A stretch of 64,000 nt of DNA from an uncultured delta proteobacterium (GCA_963803435.1 CAWDML010000007.1:224001-288000); one strand, 5' to 3'. Numbered from the stretch's first letter, positions 1 through 10,585 are shown. Program-made: numbers and translations. Notes: generated by a model from the sequence alone, not told the origin.

Positions 1-3000
1 CTCCGGACCGCGGTAGTCCGACTCGACCAGCGCCCAGGTCACGTACGTGGTGATCGCGACCTCGCCCTGCACCGCGCTCCAGTCGTGGAGCCAGCTGGCG
101 TCGGGCGCCCACGAACCGTCCTTGCGCTGCTTGGCCAGCAACCACGCGCGCGTTCGATCCACCATCTTCGCGTCGACCGGATAAACCTTGGCCATGTCCG
201 CGAACTCGAGCAGGCCGTAAGCGGTGAGGGCCTGGTTGGCCGGAGTCTCTCCGAACCATGAGAAGCCGCCGCCCCGGACCTCGTACGCGATCAGGCGCTG
301 GTAGCCGGTCGCGACCAGGTCGTACGCGCGCTCGCGGATCGCGACGTTCTTTTCGGTCTCCTTCAGCAAGCGCAGCACCATCAGGTTGGGATAGGTGGAG
401 CTGCTGGTCTGCTCAAAGCAACCGTGAGGCTCGCTGAGGAGATCCTCGACGCCGTCCAGCGCTTGATCGACCGGGCTGCGGAACAGGCGCAGGCGCCCTT
501 GGAAGCTCTCGACGTTCGCCGGCACGGTGAACGCCAGCTGCTTTGTCAATGCGACTTGCACCAGGCGACCCGGGCCGTCGACCTCGATCTGCCGTTTCAC
601 GCGATCGACGACGCTCCCATCCTGACGCGAGAGCGCCAGCAGGACCGAGCCGGTACCGGCCGAGGCGGCGCGGAGCTCGAAGCGCGCCGCGGCGGTGGTC
701 CCAGGCGGGAGCCGGACCGCGCGCTGCGACTCACCGATCAGCTCGACGGTGCCGCTCGCCTCGAGCGTGACGGCGAGCGTGAGCTCCTCCTCGGTGTGGT
801 TGGCGGCGACCGCGGACAGCGTGTAGCGATCGCCGGTGGTCAGGCGGTGAGGAACCGCGGCGTCGACCGAGAGTGGGAGGAACGTCTCGAGGCGCTTCAT
901 GCCGTGGCCCACTGCGCCGGTCGGACCGAGAGCGTCGACGTCGAGCTGCCAGCCGGTGACGGAGTCGGAGAAGGGGACGCGCAGGATCGCCCGGCCGTTC
1001 GCGTCGGTGTGAAGCCCGGCGGCCCAGAGGACCGTCTCGTCGAAGCGGCTGCGGATGGCGGCGGTCACTCGGACCGTCCCGGCCCGCGCCCGCCCGACCG
1101 CGCCGAACATGGCGCCTCCGCCGGAGCCGTAGCCGTAGGTCCCGAGGCCGCCGATCCCGCCGGACTCGAAGACGCCGGTGCGCACCAGGTCGTCGCCCGT
1201 CTCGAACCGTCCGTCCGCGCCGGCCGAGCGGACGCTGCCGCCGCCGCTCACGGACAGCCGGACGCCGCCGCCCCACGGATCCGTTGCCAAGTTCTTGCCG
1301 AGGTGTCCGGAGGCGATCATCCCCAGGATGCCGCTCTTCGCCGCCAGCGCTCGGTTGGCCTGCAGCGCGATGGCGAGCGCGTCGAGCCGGCGGTCCGCGA
1401 CCTGGCGCGCGATGGACGCGAACGACAACGTGCGATCCAGCGGATGGACGTAGCCCCACGAGAGCGGTCGCTTCCACGGCGTCTCGACCTGCTCGCCCTT
1501 CCAGCCCGCCTCCGCGAGCAGGGCGGCGAGGGATCGCTTGAAGCGCCAGCCGGCCGGAGTCTCGACGCCGATGGCGCCCTCGACGTCCACGAGCACTCCG
1601 ATGGCGGCCTCCCGCACCGCCGGCATGCGGCCGCGCTCGGACTGGCGGCGCTGAGCGGCTTCGATCTCGATCGACGGATCGAGATCTTCGGGCGGGAGCG
1701 ACTCGACGATCGCCCGGGCCGCGAGGCGCGCCTCGACCTGGTCGTGCGGGAGGAGGTCCGTGAACGCGACCCCGAGCAGAGGTGCGCGCTCCACGTCGAG
1801 CGAGCGGAGCAGCGATGCCAGATCCTTCTGCCGTTCTCCCAGCGAGAGCGACCGCTCGTCGACGACCGAGGCGAACAGGCCCACGTTGGCCGCCGGACGC
1901 CCAGCGCGATCCTTCACCGACGCGGTGAGCTCCGCGGTCTCCCCGGGACGGAATCGGGCGCGGCCGTCGATCGCGACGTCGAGCGGCGCCGGGATCAGGT
2001 ATACCGACGCGTTCGTTCTCCGGTCGATCGGCCGGTCGCGGGCGTCCGCTGGATTCCAGCCCACCTCGGCGGCCCGCACCGTCGCGAGCCCGAACACGCC
2101 CTCGGGTGCCGAGAGGCTCGCAGTGAAGTAGCCGCGCGCATCGGGGAGCGCGATCGCGGTGGCGAGCGGGATCCGGCCGCGCACCAGGGTCAGCACGACG
2201 GGGCCGTGCGCCCGCGCGAAACGGCCGAAGATTTCCATGGCCTCGCCCGCGCTCCAGACCGCCCGCACCGGACGGAGCCACGGACCGCCACGCCCGACGC
2301 GGAGGCGCTCCTCGGAGTGGGCGGTCCGGCCGTTCGCGGCGGTGGCAACGACGTGCAGCGTCGCCGGAGAGGAGGGCGTGATCGCGTAGCGGACCGCACC
2401 CAGCGACTCTCTTCGCGCAGCGCCGTGCACCTCGACACCGGTACCCCCGAGGTCGACGGTCGCGGGCGCGAGGTGGCCCCGACCGTCGGTGGTGACGATC
2501 GTGACGAACTGCGTGCGGCCCCCCGACAGCTCTCGACGCTCGGGCACGATCGCCACCGAGACGCCGTCGCCCGGCCGCGGCGGGCTCCACGAGGCGGACT
2601 CGGTGCGCTCGGCGCCGTCGGTCACCGCGACCTCGAGCTGTGCGTGCGTCCTCGGCGCGAGCGGGATCGAATAGCGGCCGAATGCGTCGAGGTGGCCCTT
2701 CTCCAGGGTGTGCCCGTCCGCGCGTATCTCCACGTCGCCCTGGACCGGCTCGCCGTACGGATACCGCGCGACCGCCTGGCCGGCGTCGTCGACGCGGACG
2801 AAGAAGGCCGGCAGCTCCACCTCGCGGACCGTCACCTCGCGCGAGACGGTCTCCGAGAACGCCGTCGCCTCGACGTGATAGGCGCCCAGGCGCAGGTCGT
2901 CGCCGAGCGCCAGCTTGCCCTCGCCGAACCCGGTCTCACCGACGTCGATCGCCCCGCGCCAGATCTCGGTCCCCATCGGCTCCTTCACTGCGACGGTGAC

Positions 3001-3450
3001 CTTCGTTCCGCCGAGCGGGTGAGCGTCCGGGCGATTGAGGAGCGCCACTCCGAACCGGATCGTCTCGCCCGGCCGATACACGCTCCGGTCGGTGCGGAGC
3101 GACAGCACCAGGCTCCGCACCACCTTGACGGTCCGCTGGATCCGATCCGAGCCATGCTCGGACCGGGTCTCGATGGTGAGCGAGTAGCTCCCCGGATCGA
3201 GCGCAGGGACCTGAAACAAGAGTGGCGCGTTGCCCTCCGCGTCCGTCGACGCCCTCGCCACCTCCCGATCCGCGATCGAGAGGACCACGCTCGCCCCCAG
3301 CACCGGCTCGCTCTCCGTCAGCGAACGGGCCCCTCGAACCGACACGAACGCGACGCTCTGCGTCCGCGCCACCATCTGCGTGTCGAACAGCACATCCGTG
3401 TCGTGCAGGAGGAGCGGCGAGGCGATCAGCGCGAGGACGATGGCATACAC
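1..3450 (-). CDS. Alpha-2-macroglobulin family protein (C-terminus runs off the left edge)
   Basis: Not in the ORF track because it is open at the edge. My translation from GTG 3450 gives a signal-like N-terminus (MYAIVLALIASPLLL), the MG2 motif LRTDRSVYRPGETIRF and an in-frame thioester motif PHGCFEQTSS (Cys codon 418-420). Confidence 0.88.
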   Translation of the reverse strand, partial: MYAIVLALIASPLLLHDTDVLFDTQMVARTQSVAFVSVRGARSLTESEPVLGASVVLSIADREVARASTDAEGNAPLLFQVPALDPGSYSLTIETRSEHGSDRIQRTVKVVRSLVLSLRTDRSVYRPGETIRFGVALLNRPDAHPLGGTKVTVAVKEPMGTEIWRGAIDVGETGFGEGKLALGDDLRLGAYHVEATAFSETVSREVTVREVELPAFFVRVDDAGQAVARYPYGEPVQGDVEIRADGHTLEKGHLDAFGRYSIPLAPRTHAQLEVAVTDGAERTESASWSPPRPGDGVSVAIVPERRELSGGRTQFVTIVTTDGRGHLAPATVDLGGTGVEVHGAARRESLGAVRYAITPSSPATLHVVATAANGRTAHSEERLRVGRGGPWLRPVRAVWSAGEAMEIFGRFARAHGPVVLTLVRGRIPLATAIALPDARGYFTASLSAPEGVFGLATVRAAEVGWNPADARDRPIDRRTNASVYLIPAPLDVAIDGRARFRPGETAELTASVKDRAGRPAANVGLFASVVDERSLSLGERQKDLASLLRSLDVERAPLLGVAFTDLLPHDQVEARLAARAIVESLPPEDLDPSIEIEAAQRRQSERGRMPAVREAAIGVLVDVEGAIGVETPAGWRFKRSLAALLAEAGWKGEQVETPWKRPLSWGYVHPLDRTLSFASIARQVADRRLDALAIALQANRALAAKSGILGMIASGHLGKNLATDPWGGGVRLSVSGGGSVRSAGADGRFETGDDLVRTGVFESGGIGGLGTYGYGSGGGAMFGAVGRARAGTVRVTAAIRSRFDETVLWAAGLHTDANGRAILRVPFSDSVTGWQLDVDALGPTGAVGHGMKRLETFLPLSVDAAVPHRLTTGDRYTLSAVAANHTEEELTLAVTLEASGTVELIGESQRAVRLPPGTTAAARFELRAASAGTGSVLLALSRQDGSVVDRVKRQIEVDGPGRLVQVALTKQLAFTVPANVESFQGRLRLFRSPVDQALDGVEDLLSEPHGCFEQTSSSTYPNLMVLRLLKETEKNVAIRERAYDLVATGYQRLIAYEVRGGGFSWFGETPANQALTAYGLLEFADMAKVYPVDAKMVDRTRAWLLAKQRKDGSWAPDASWLHDWSAVQGEVAITTYVTWALVESDYRGPE

Positions 3451-3524
3451 GACTCATCGACCACGCGACCGTGTCCTCGGTTCCCCTCTTGTTCCCGGCG
3501 CTCACCGCCGCGTATGCTTCTCGC

Positions 3525-4745
3525 GTGAATCGCTTCACCGAACCCATCTGACTCCGGTTCCTCCGACTCCTCCTGTTCGCCGGTCTCCTCGACGAGCTCG
3601 CGGCGGGTGTGCCGGTCGTCGGCGCGCCGGAGGTTCGAAGCACGTTCGGTCTCGGCTATGCCGTGACCTCGTTGATCTTGTTCGTGCTCCCCGAGCTGTT
3701 CGGGTTCCTGCTCGAGCCGCCGCTGTTCATCCTCTCCGACAAGATCGGCCGCCGCCGGCTGGTGCCGCTCGGGCTGGTGTTTCTGGGCGTCTGCTTCGCG
3801 ACGGCGGGCCTGGCGAACAACGCGATCGTCTTCTCGATCGCGATGGTCCTGATCTATCCAGCCAGCGGCGTGGGCATCGGCTTGTCGCAGGTATCCCTGA
3901 TCGAGGCGTACCCGCGCCAGCGCGAGCGGGTGATGGCCCGGTGGACGATGATGGGCGCGATCGGCGACGTCGGCTCGCCGCTCCTCCTCGCGGCGATCGC
4001 CGCGGTCGGCGGCAGCTGGCGCGTCGGGTTCGTCTTCATCGGCGTCGTCCTGGTGCTGCACGGTTTCCTGGTCTCGCGTGCTCGATGGCGCGAACGCACG
4101 CCCGTGAAAGACGAGGCGGAGGAGCCCGGCTTCTTCAGGATGGCCGCAGAAGGGCTCCGAAATCGGCGGCTCTGGGTGTGGGCCACGGGCGTCGCACTCT
4201 GCGCGCTGCTCGACGAGATCCTGGTCGCGTTCGCCGCGATGTATCTCACCGACGACCTCCACGCGACGCACGTCCAGGTCGACATCGTGATCGCTTCGTT
4301 CGGTCTCGGCTCGATCGTCGGGCTCTCCATCCTCGATCGCCTGCTGCCGCGCGCCTCATCGCAGCGGCTGCTCACCGGCGCATGCCTGGGGACCATCGCG
4401 ACCTATCTCGCGTGGCTGTGGTCGCCGCAGATCCCGGTGTCGATCGCCTGCATGTTTCTGGTGGGAGTCTTCGCCTCGCCGCTGTATCCGATCGCGGCCG
4501 GCCGCGCCTACGAGGCCGCGCCGAGCCGAGCCGGTACCGCCGCCGCGATCATGCAGCTCTTCGCGCCGGTCACGCTGGCCTGGCCCTTGATCCTGGGACG
4601 CATCGCCGATCAGCTGGGCCTCAGGATCGCGCTCGCCCTGCTCCTCCTGCAGCCGATCGGCGTCTTGCTGATCGCCCTCTTCACTGCCCGGGCACCTCGG
4701 TCAGAAAGAAGATCCCGAACAACATCAGAGCCGCCAGCACGATGA
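3525..4745 (+). CDS. MFS transporter (in-frame TGA at 3549-3551 near the N-terminus; open ORF from 3609)
   Basis: About 12 hydrophobic segments and MFS motif A (LSDKIGRR, IADQLGLR). The TM1-like segment LRLLLFAGLLDELAAG lies upstream of 3609 in the same frame as GTG 3525. Confidence 0.8.
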
Positions 4746-4863
4746 CGACGATCAACACGCTACGCGAAGAGTCGCCCGCCTTACGATCGAAGCCGGTGAT
4801 CGAGTCCTCCTTGATCTCGGACTGAGGGACGGGTTCCGACCTCGGTTCCTTCGAATCGCTCAT
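4681..4863 (-). CDS. Small protein (60 aa) with a C-terminal transmembrane helix
   Basis: MSDSKEPRSE...VLIVVIVLAALMLFGIFFLTEVPGQ; overlaps the 3' end of the MFS gene convergently. Confidence 0.5.
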   Translation of the reverse strand: MSDSKEPRSEPVPQSEIKEDSITGFDRKAGDSSRSVLIVVIVLAALMLFGIFFLTEVPGQ

Positions 4864-4970
4864 GAGAGCCCATCTCGCGCCGATCCGGGACGTCGGGCAA
4901 GGCCACGAGGTGGGTCCATTCCAAAGTGAGCTGTTTTGCTTCGCGCGAGCACCTATACTTCGTGCGCCCC

Positions 4971-7688
4971 ATGCTCCGGCGTGCCCCGTGCCTCCTCCCG
5001 CTGGTCCTGGCGGGCTGCCTCGCGAAGTCGCATGGCCCCGGCCCCCATGACGGCGGACCGCGGAGCGACCACTGGGCCTTCGCGGCACCGGAGCGTCCCC
5101 CGATCCCCGCCGTCTCCGATCCGGCGTGGTCGAAGAACCCGATCGACGCGTTCATCCGGGCGCGCCTCGACGCTGAGTCGATCACGCCCTCACCGCCCGC
5201 TGATCCCGCGGTCTTCGCGCGACGTCTGGCGCTGGATCTGACCGGACTGCCGCCACCGCTCGAGGAGGCCGACGCATTCACCGCGGATCCTTCGGACGCC
5301 GCGCTCGCCGCTTGGATCGAGCGCATGGCGGCCTCTGATCGGGCGGCCGAGCATCAGGCGCGCGAGTGGCTCGACGCCGCCCGCTACGCCGATACGCACG
5401 GGTTCCAGCTCGATCTGCCGCGGACGATGTGGGCCTGGCGCGACTGGGTGATCGACGCCTATCGCAACAACATGCCCTATGATCGGTTTCTCACCGAGCA
5501 GATCGCCGGCGACCTGCTGCCGGGCGCGGGACCGAGCGAGCGCATCGCCACCGGCTTCAACCGCAACCACAACATCACGATCGAGGGCGGCGTGATCGAC
5601 GAGGAGTACCGCGCGATCTACGTCTCCGATCGCGTCGACACGCTGGGCACCGCGATCCTCGGCCTCACCACCGGCTGCGCGCGCTGCCACGACCACAAGT
5701 TCGATCCGATCTCGCAGCGCGAGTACTACTCGCTGGCCGCGTGCTTCAATCAAACCGACGAGCGGGGGCTGGGTGCCGAGAACGGCTTCGCACCGACGGT
5801 CGACGCGCCCAGCCCGCTTCAGTCGGCGGAGCTCGAGGCGATCGATGCGGAGCTGAGCACGCTCTCCTCGGCCCTCGCCGGGACCTTCGACACCGAGCTC
5901 GCCGCCTGGGAGTCACAGGTGAAGGCATCGCTCCCGATCACCTGGAGCGAGGTGCGGCCGACCGGCCTCGGGGCCGACAACGATACGGTCGTGCAGCTCC
6001 AGGGGGACGGCACGATCACCGCCCGCAACCAGGAGGTCCTCGAGGCGTATCGGCTCGACTTCGAGGTGGCGGCGGGGACGCGCGCGTTCGAGATCGACGC
6101 GGTCCCCGACGCGCAGCAACCGGAGGGCGGCCCCGGGCTCGGGCCGGGCGGCACCTTCGTCCTCACCGAGGTCGAAGGCGAAGCGAACGGTGTCGCGCTC
6201 CGCTGGGCAACGGTGGAGGCAGACGGTGCGGCGGCGGGGTTCGGCGGCGAGCTGGCCGGCGACGGCGATCCTGCGACGGGTTGGATGAACGACGCCCCCG
6301 AGGCCCGCACGCTGGTCCTCACCACCGATCACCCGCTCGCGGCCGGACCCGTGCGGCTCCGCCTCCACTTCGGTGCGGGCGAGACGCGGCTGCTGGGCCG
6401 GTTCCGCCTCCGGACCTCGACGCACCCGCTGGCGGGGATGCTGCCGGCGGTGGAGGCGATCCTCGCCGAGGCGCCGTCCGCCCGCAGCGGCAACGACGTC
6501 GAGCGCCTCCGGACCTTCTGGTTGAAGAGCAGCTCCGAGCTCCGCGATCGCGCACGCCGGCACGCCCTGCTGAGCGCGCGGCGCCAGGCGCGGGCATCTG
6601 CGCCCACCACGATGGTGATGAGCGATCGCTCCGAGACCAGGAAGACGTACGTCCTGATCCGCGGCCAGTACGATCAGCCCGGCGACGAGGTCGGCTGCGG
6701 CGTCATCGACTCGATCTTTCCACGGCCGAAGGACGTCCCGGCGAACCGCCTGATGGTCGCGAAGTGGCTCGTCGATCCGAAGCACCCGCTGACGGCGCGG
6801 GTGGCGGTCAACCGCATCTGGCAGCGCCTCTTCGGGGTCGGTCTGGTGAAGACCACCGAGGACCTGGGCACGCGCGCCGAGCCGCCGTCCCACCCCGAGC
6901 TGCTCGACTGGCTGGCGGTCGAGCTGATCGAGAGCGGCTGGGATCAGCGCCACCTCATCTCGCTGATCGCGTCCTCCCGGACGTACCGCCAGTCGTCGGC
7001 GGAGCGGGCCGAGCTGGCGGAGCGCGATCCGGAGAACCGGCTGCTGTGGAGGGGCCCGCGCCACCGCCTGGCGGCGGAGGTGATCCGGGATCAGGCGCTG
7101 TTCGCCTCCGGGCTGCTGGTCGAGCGCCTCGGGGGGCCGAGCGTATTTCCGTACCAGCCACCCGGGCTCTGGGAGGAGGTCAACGATCGACCCGGTCTCT
7201 CGGTGCCCTACCTCGAGGACGCGGGCGAGGGGCGGTTCCGGCGGAGCCTCTACAGCTTCTGGAAGCGGACGCTCCCGCCGCCGTTCTTGACCACCTTCGA
7301 CGCGCCCGATCGCGAGTACTCGATCGTGCGCCGCCAGACCTCGAGCACGCCGCTGCAGGCGATCGCGCTCCTCGGAGAGCCGGGCATGATCGAGGCCGCC
7401 CGTCACCTGGCCGATCGGATGCTCGACGCGGGCGATCCGGTCGCCGCCGCCACCGCGGGCTTCCGCCGGGTGCTCGTCCGCGCGCCGACCACCGCAGAGC
7501 TCACCGAGCTGACCACGGCCTACGCCGAGCAGCACGCGCTCTTCGAGTCGGATCAAGCGGCCGCGGCTCGATTGCTCGCCGTCGGCGCGTCCAGGCCGGA
7601 GGAGACCCGTCCCCCGGTCGATCGAGCGGCGATGACGCAGGTCGCCCGCATCATCCTCAACCTCGGCGAGACGCTGGAGAAGGAGTGA
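4971..7688 (+). CDS. DUF1549/DUF1553 (PSCyt2/PSD1) planctomycete-type cytochrome c lipoprotein
   Basis: HWAF, NPIDAFI, WLDAARYADTHG, CARCHDHKFDPISQ, HPLTARVAVNRIWQ, PSHPELLDWLA, RLAAEVIRD; lipobox LAGC. Confidence 0.9.
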   Translation: MLRRAPCLLPLVLAGCLAKSHGPGPHDGGPRSDHWAFAAPERPPIPAVSDPAWSKNPIDAFIRARLDAESITPSPPADPAVFARRLALDLTGLPPPLEEADAFTADPSDAALAAWIERMAASDRAAEHQAREWLDAARYADTHGFQLDLPRTMWAWRDWVIDAYRNNMPYDRFLTEQIAGDLLPGAGPSERIATGFNRNHNITIEGGVIDEEYRAIYVSDRVDTLGTAILGLTTGCARCHDHKFDPISQREYYSLAACFNQTDERGLGAENGFAPTVDAPSPLQSAELEAIDAELSTLSSALAGTFDTELAAWESQVKASLPITWSEVRPTGLGADNDTVVQLQGDGTITARNQEVLEAYRLDFEVAAGTRAFEIDAVPDAQQPEGGPGLGPGGTFVLTEVEGEANGVALRWATVEADGAAAGFGGELAGDGDPATGWMNDAPEARTLVLTTDHPLAAGPVRLRLHFGAGETRLLGRFRLRTSTHPLAGMLPAVEAILAEAPSARSGNDVERLRTFWLKSSSELRDRARRHALLSARRQARASAPTTMVMSDRSETRKTYVLIRGQYDQPGDEVGCGVIDSIFPRPKDVPANRLMVAKWLVDPKHPLTARVAVNRIWQRLFGVGLVKTTEDLGTRAEPPSHPELLDWLAVELIESGWDQRHLISLIASSRTYRQSSAERAELAERDPENRLLWRGPRHRLAAEVIRDQALFASGLLVERLGGPSVFPYQPPGLWEEVNDRPGLSVPYLEDAGEGRFRRSLYSFWKRTLPPPFLTTFDAPDREYSIVRRQTSSTPLQAIALLGEPGMIEAARHLADRMLDAGDPVAAATAGFRRVLVRAPTTAELTELTTAYAEQHALFESDQAAAARLLAVGASRPEETRPPVDRAAMTQVARIILNLGETLEKE

Positions 7689-7690
7689 GC

Positions 7691-9094
7691 ATGAGCCTGA
7701 CCCGCAGAGCCTTTCTCGGCGGCGCCACCGGGCTCGGCGCGCTCGCGTTGTCGACGCTGGACGGTCGCGCCCGGGCCCAGACCGCCGGCCTCCCGCACTT
7801 TCCGCCGACGGCCAAGCGGGTGGTCTGGCTGTTCGCCTCGGGGGGGCCGTCGCAGATGGAGCTCTTCGACTACAAGCCGGTGCTGCGGGAGATGCACGGC
7901 CAGCTGCTCCCCGACTCGGTGCGCATGGGCCAGCGGCTCACCACCATGTCCTCGGGCCAGGATCGGCTCGAGCTGTGCGCGTCCGCCTTCGACTTCGCAC
8001 AGCACGGTCAGTCGGGCGCATGGATCTCGGAGCTCCTCCCTCACACGGCGGACATCGTCGACGACCTCTGCATCGTGCGATCGATGTACACCGAGCCGAT
8101 CAATCATGATCCGGCGATGACGCTGATGCACTCCGGCGCCCAGATCCCCGGTCGCCCCAGCGCAGGGAGCTGGGCGAGCTACGGGCTCGGCTCGGACGCG
8201 GAGGATCTGCCGGCGTTCGTGGTGATGATCGCGAGAAACACCACGCCCGAGGCGCAGCCGCTCTACAACCGCCTCTGGTCGAGCGGCTTCCTCCCGTCGC
8301 GTCACCAGGGCGTGCGGCTCTCGAGCTCCGGCAGCCCCGTGCTCTTCCTCGAGAACGGCGCGTCGCTGCCCGAGACCAGCCGGCGCGACCTCTTCGATCG
8401 GATCTCGGCGCTCGACGCGATCCATCGGGACCAGACCCACGATCCTGAGCTCGACACCAAGATCGCCGCGTACGAGCTGGCGTTCCGCATGCAGACCGGC
8501 GTCCCTGCGCTCGCGGATCTCTCGGATGAGCCCGACTCGACCTTCGCGCTTTACGGCGAGGACGCACGCAACAGCGGCACGCACGCGCGGAACTGCCTGC
8601 TGGCGCGCCGCCTGCTCGAGCGCGGCGTGCGTTTCGTACAGCTGTATCACCGCGACTGGGATCATCACGCCGGCCTCCCCGACCGGATGCGTCACGTGAC
8701 CGGAGAGAACGAGCGTGCGTCGGCGGCGCTGGTCACCGACCTCAAGCAGCGCGGCATGCTCGAGGACACGCTCGTGATCTGGGGCGGCGAGTTCGGCCGC
8801 ACCGCATACGCGCACGGCTTGGCAGGCGACGGGCGCAACTACGGGCGGGACCACCACCCTCGCTGCTTCTCGATGTGGCTGGCCGGCGGGGGCATCAAGC
8901 CCGGCCTCGTCTACGGAAAGACCGACGACTTCTCGTACAACGTCGTGGAGAACGCCGTCCACGTGCACGACCTCCACGCGACCATGCTCCACGTCCTCGG
9001 GATCGATCACCTGCGCTTCACCTACCGCTACCTGGGACGGGACTTCCGCCTCACGGACGTCGCCGGACGCGTGGTGGACGACCTGCTGGGGTGA
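7691..9094 (+). CDS. DUF1501 family Tat-exported protein
   Basis: Twin-arginine signal TRRAFL; AKRVVWLFASGGPSQMELFDYKP, LLARRLLERGVRFVQL, WDHH, GEFGRT, RDHHP; directly after the DUF1553 gene. Confidence 0.9.
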   Translation: MSLTRRAFLGGATGLGALALSTLDGRARAQTAGLPHFPPTAKRVVWLFASGGPSQMELFDYKPVLREMHGQLLPDSVRMGQRLTTMSSGQDRLELCASAFDFAQHGQSGAWISELLPHTADIVDDLCIVRSMYTEPINHDPAMTLMHSGAQIPGRPSAGSWASYGLGSDAEDLPAFVVMIARNTTPEAQPLYNRLWSSGFLPSRHQGVRLSSSGSPVLFLENGASLPETSRRDLFDRISALDAIHRDQTHDPELDTKIAAYELAFRMQTGVPALADLSDEPDSTFALYGEDARNSGTHARNCLLARRLLERGVRFVQLYHRDWDHHAGLPDRMRHVTGENERASAALVTDLKQRGMLEDTLVIWGGEFGRTAYAHGLAGDGRNYGRDHHPRCFSMWLAGGGIKPGLVYGKTDDFSYNVVENAVHVHDLHATMLHVLGIDHLRFTYRYLGRDFRLTDVAGRVVDDLLG

Positions 9095-10532
9095 GCGCGT
9101 CCTGCCGCTCGTAGATGACGACGCCCGCGATCGTGGCGGTGGCTGCGAAGGGAAGCTCGCCCCGCTGGAGACGCGCAAACGTCCGACCCTTTCGAAACGC
9201 GCCGTCGACGACGATCGCGGAGAACTCGGCCGGGAGCGTCACGTCATCGAGAGACCAGACATGCTTCCACGGCACGCCCACCGGTACGAAGGCGTCGAAC
9301 GAGGTGAGCACCGGGCCGGTGTGTCGCGCTGCGATCGACTCGAGCTGCCGGCCCACCTCGAGGCGCTCCGGCGTGAGCGCGCGCGCGAAGTGCGTGTCCT
9401 CGGCGCGGAGCGCATCGAGCTGGGCCCGCCAATCGACCGTGACAAACACGGCCAGCAGCGCGACCGGCCGCGCGCCCGCGAGCAGCCGGCCGCGCGGGCG
9501 CAGCTCCTCGAGCGAGAGGAGGAAGAGCGGCCAGAGCGCCGGGGCCGCGTAGCGAGGGAGCGCCAGCTTCACGCCGAACAGCGCGAACGAGAGGTAGAAG
9601 ACGCCGAAGAACAGGATGAAGCAGAGACCGTCGACCTTGCGAGCGCGGATCCGACGAAACAGGAAGAGCGCGACTCCGATCGCGATGGTCGCCATCCCCG
9701 CGTAGCCGAGGCCGCGAGCACCGACCAGGACGGGCCACCACCCGGAGGTCGAGATGGGATGTCGGTTGCGATGGTGCTGGACGACGAACCCGGTGATCGT
9801 CCGCTCGGGATCCAGCACGATGTTCGGGGTGGTGAGGACGAAGACGGCCAGGAACAGCAGGCCGTGCAAGGCGACCTGCTGAACCAGCTGCTTGGGGCTC
9901 TTGCGGCCGTCCCAGACGATAAAGGCTACGATCGCGACCATGATGAAGAGGCCGAACAGCTTCGTCCCCGCGGAGAGGCCGGCGAAGATCGTCGCCGCCC
10001 ACAGCCAGCCTCGGCCCTTCTTCCCATAGGCCAGACCGAGACAGGCGACCGCCGCGTGGTCGAAGAGGAAGAGAAAGGCGTCCGGGTGGACGCGCGAGGC
10101 CCAGAGGATCGTCTCCGGATGGATCGACAAAAAGAAGGTGAAGATAGCCGGCGGCCACCAGCTTCCGAGCAGGAGACCGAAGAGCACGAAAGGAACGAGC
10201 AGCGCCACGATCATCACGCCGAAGGAGAGCCAGCGGGTTCGCTCGATGACCGTCGGAGCCGGAGCCTCCGCCCCCGAGACGAGTCGGACGAGGGCGGTCA
10301 CGTAGGGATAGAGGCCGGGATAGACGCGGACGCCGTGGTCGAGATCGCCCCGCTCCACCATGCGCCAGGTGTGCTCCAGGATGAGGGACTCGTCGTTCAT
10401 GACGTGGTGGAGGTGGCGCAGATCCTGAGACCCATCGGCAATCCGGGGGACCGCGCGAAGCGTGAGAAAGACGAGCCCCGCGAGGACCAGGAGCGAAGGG
10501 CCGGCCAGCCTTCGGATCCAGGGCACACCCAT
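9051..10532 (-). CDS. GT-C fold membrane glycosyltransferase (ArnT/PMT-like)
   Basis: N-terminal TM then a DE motif (MNDES), YPGLYPY, GLSAGTK, multiple TMs, PRY motif. Confidence 0.7.
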   Translation of the reverse strand: MGVPWIRRLAGPSLLVLAGLVFLTLRAVPRIADGSQDLRHLHHVMNDESLILEHTWRMVERGDLDHGVRVYPGLYPYVTALVRLVSGAEAPAPTVIERTRWLSFGVMIVALLVPFVLFGLLLGSWWPPAIFTFFLSIHPETILWASRVHPDAFLFLFDHAAVACLGLAYGKKGRGWLWAATIFAGLSAGTKLFGLFIMVAIVAFIVWDGRKSPKQLVQQVALHGLLFLAVFVLTTPNIVLDPERTITGFVVQHHRNRHPISTSGWWPVLVGARGLGYAGMATIAIGVALFLFRRIRARKVDGLCFILFFGVFYLSFALFGVKLALPRYAAPALWPLFLLSLEELRPRGRLLAGARPVALLAVFVTVDWRAQLDALRAEDTHFARALTPERLEVGRQLESIAARHTGPVLTSFDAFVPVGVPWKHVWSLDDVTLPAEFSAIVVDGAFRKGRTFARLQRGELPFAATATIAGVVIYERQDALTPAGRPPRVRRRP

Positions 10533-10585
10533 GCTGCGAAAGCTCCTACCAGGGCCGGCGACGCGCGTGCTAGCTCGTTTGGCGG

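Noticed and set aside
424-3528. 1034-aa plus-strand ORF and similar long ORFs (33901-35334, 44848-46803, 48538-51018, 50895-52856, 54278-56458)
   Set aside because: Arg/Ala/Gly-rich shadow frames over genes with clear family motifs, expected in high-GC DNA.
3549-3551. Selenocysteine codon in the MFS gene
   Set aside because: No redox context and no convincing SECIS hairpin.
5741-9094. 1117-aa DUF1501 fusion, and the extended ORFs 15745-17391, 20167-22959, 28632-30470, 55148-56950
   Set aside because: The N-terminal extensions are off-frame read-through over neighbouring genes; real starts are internal.
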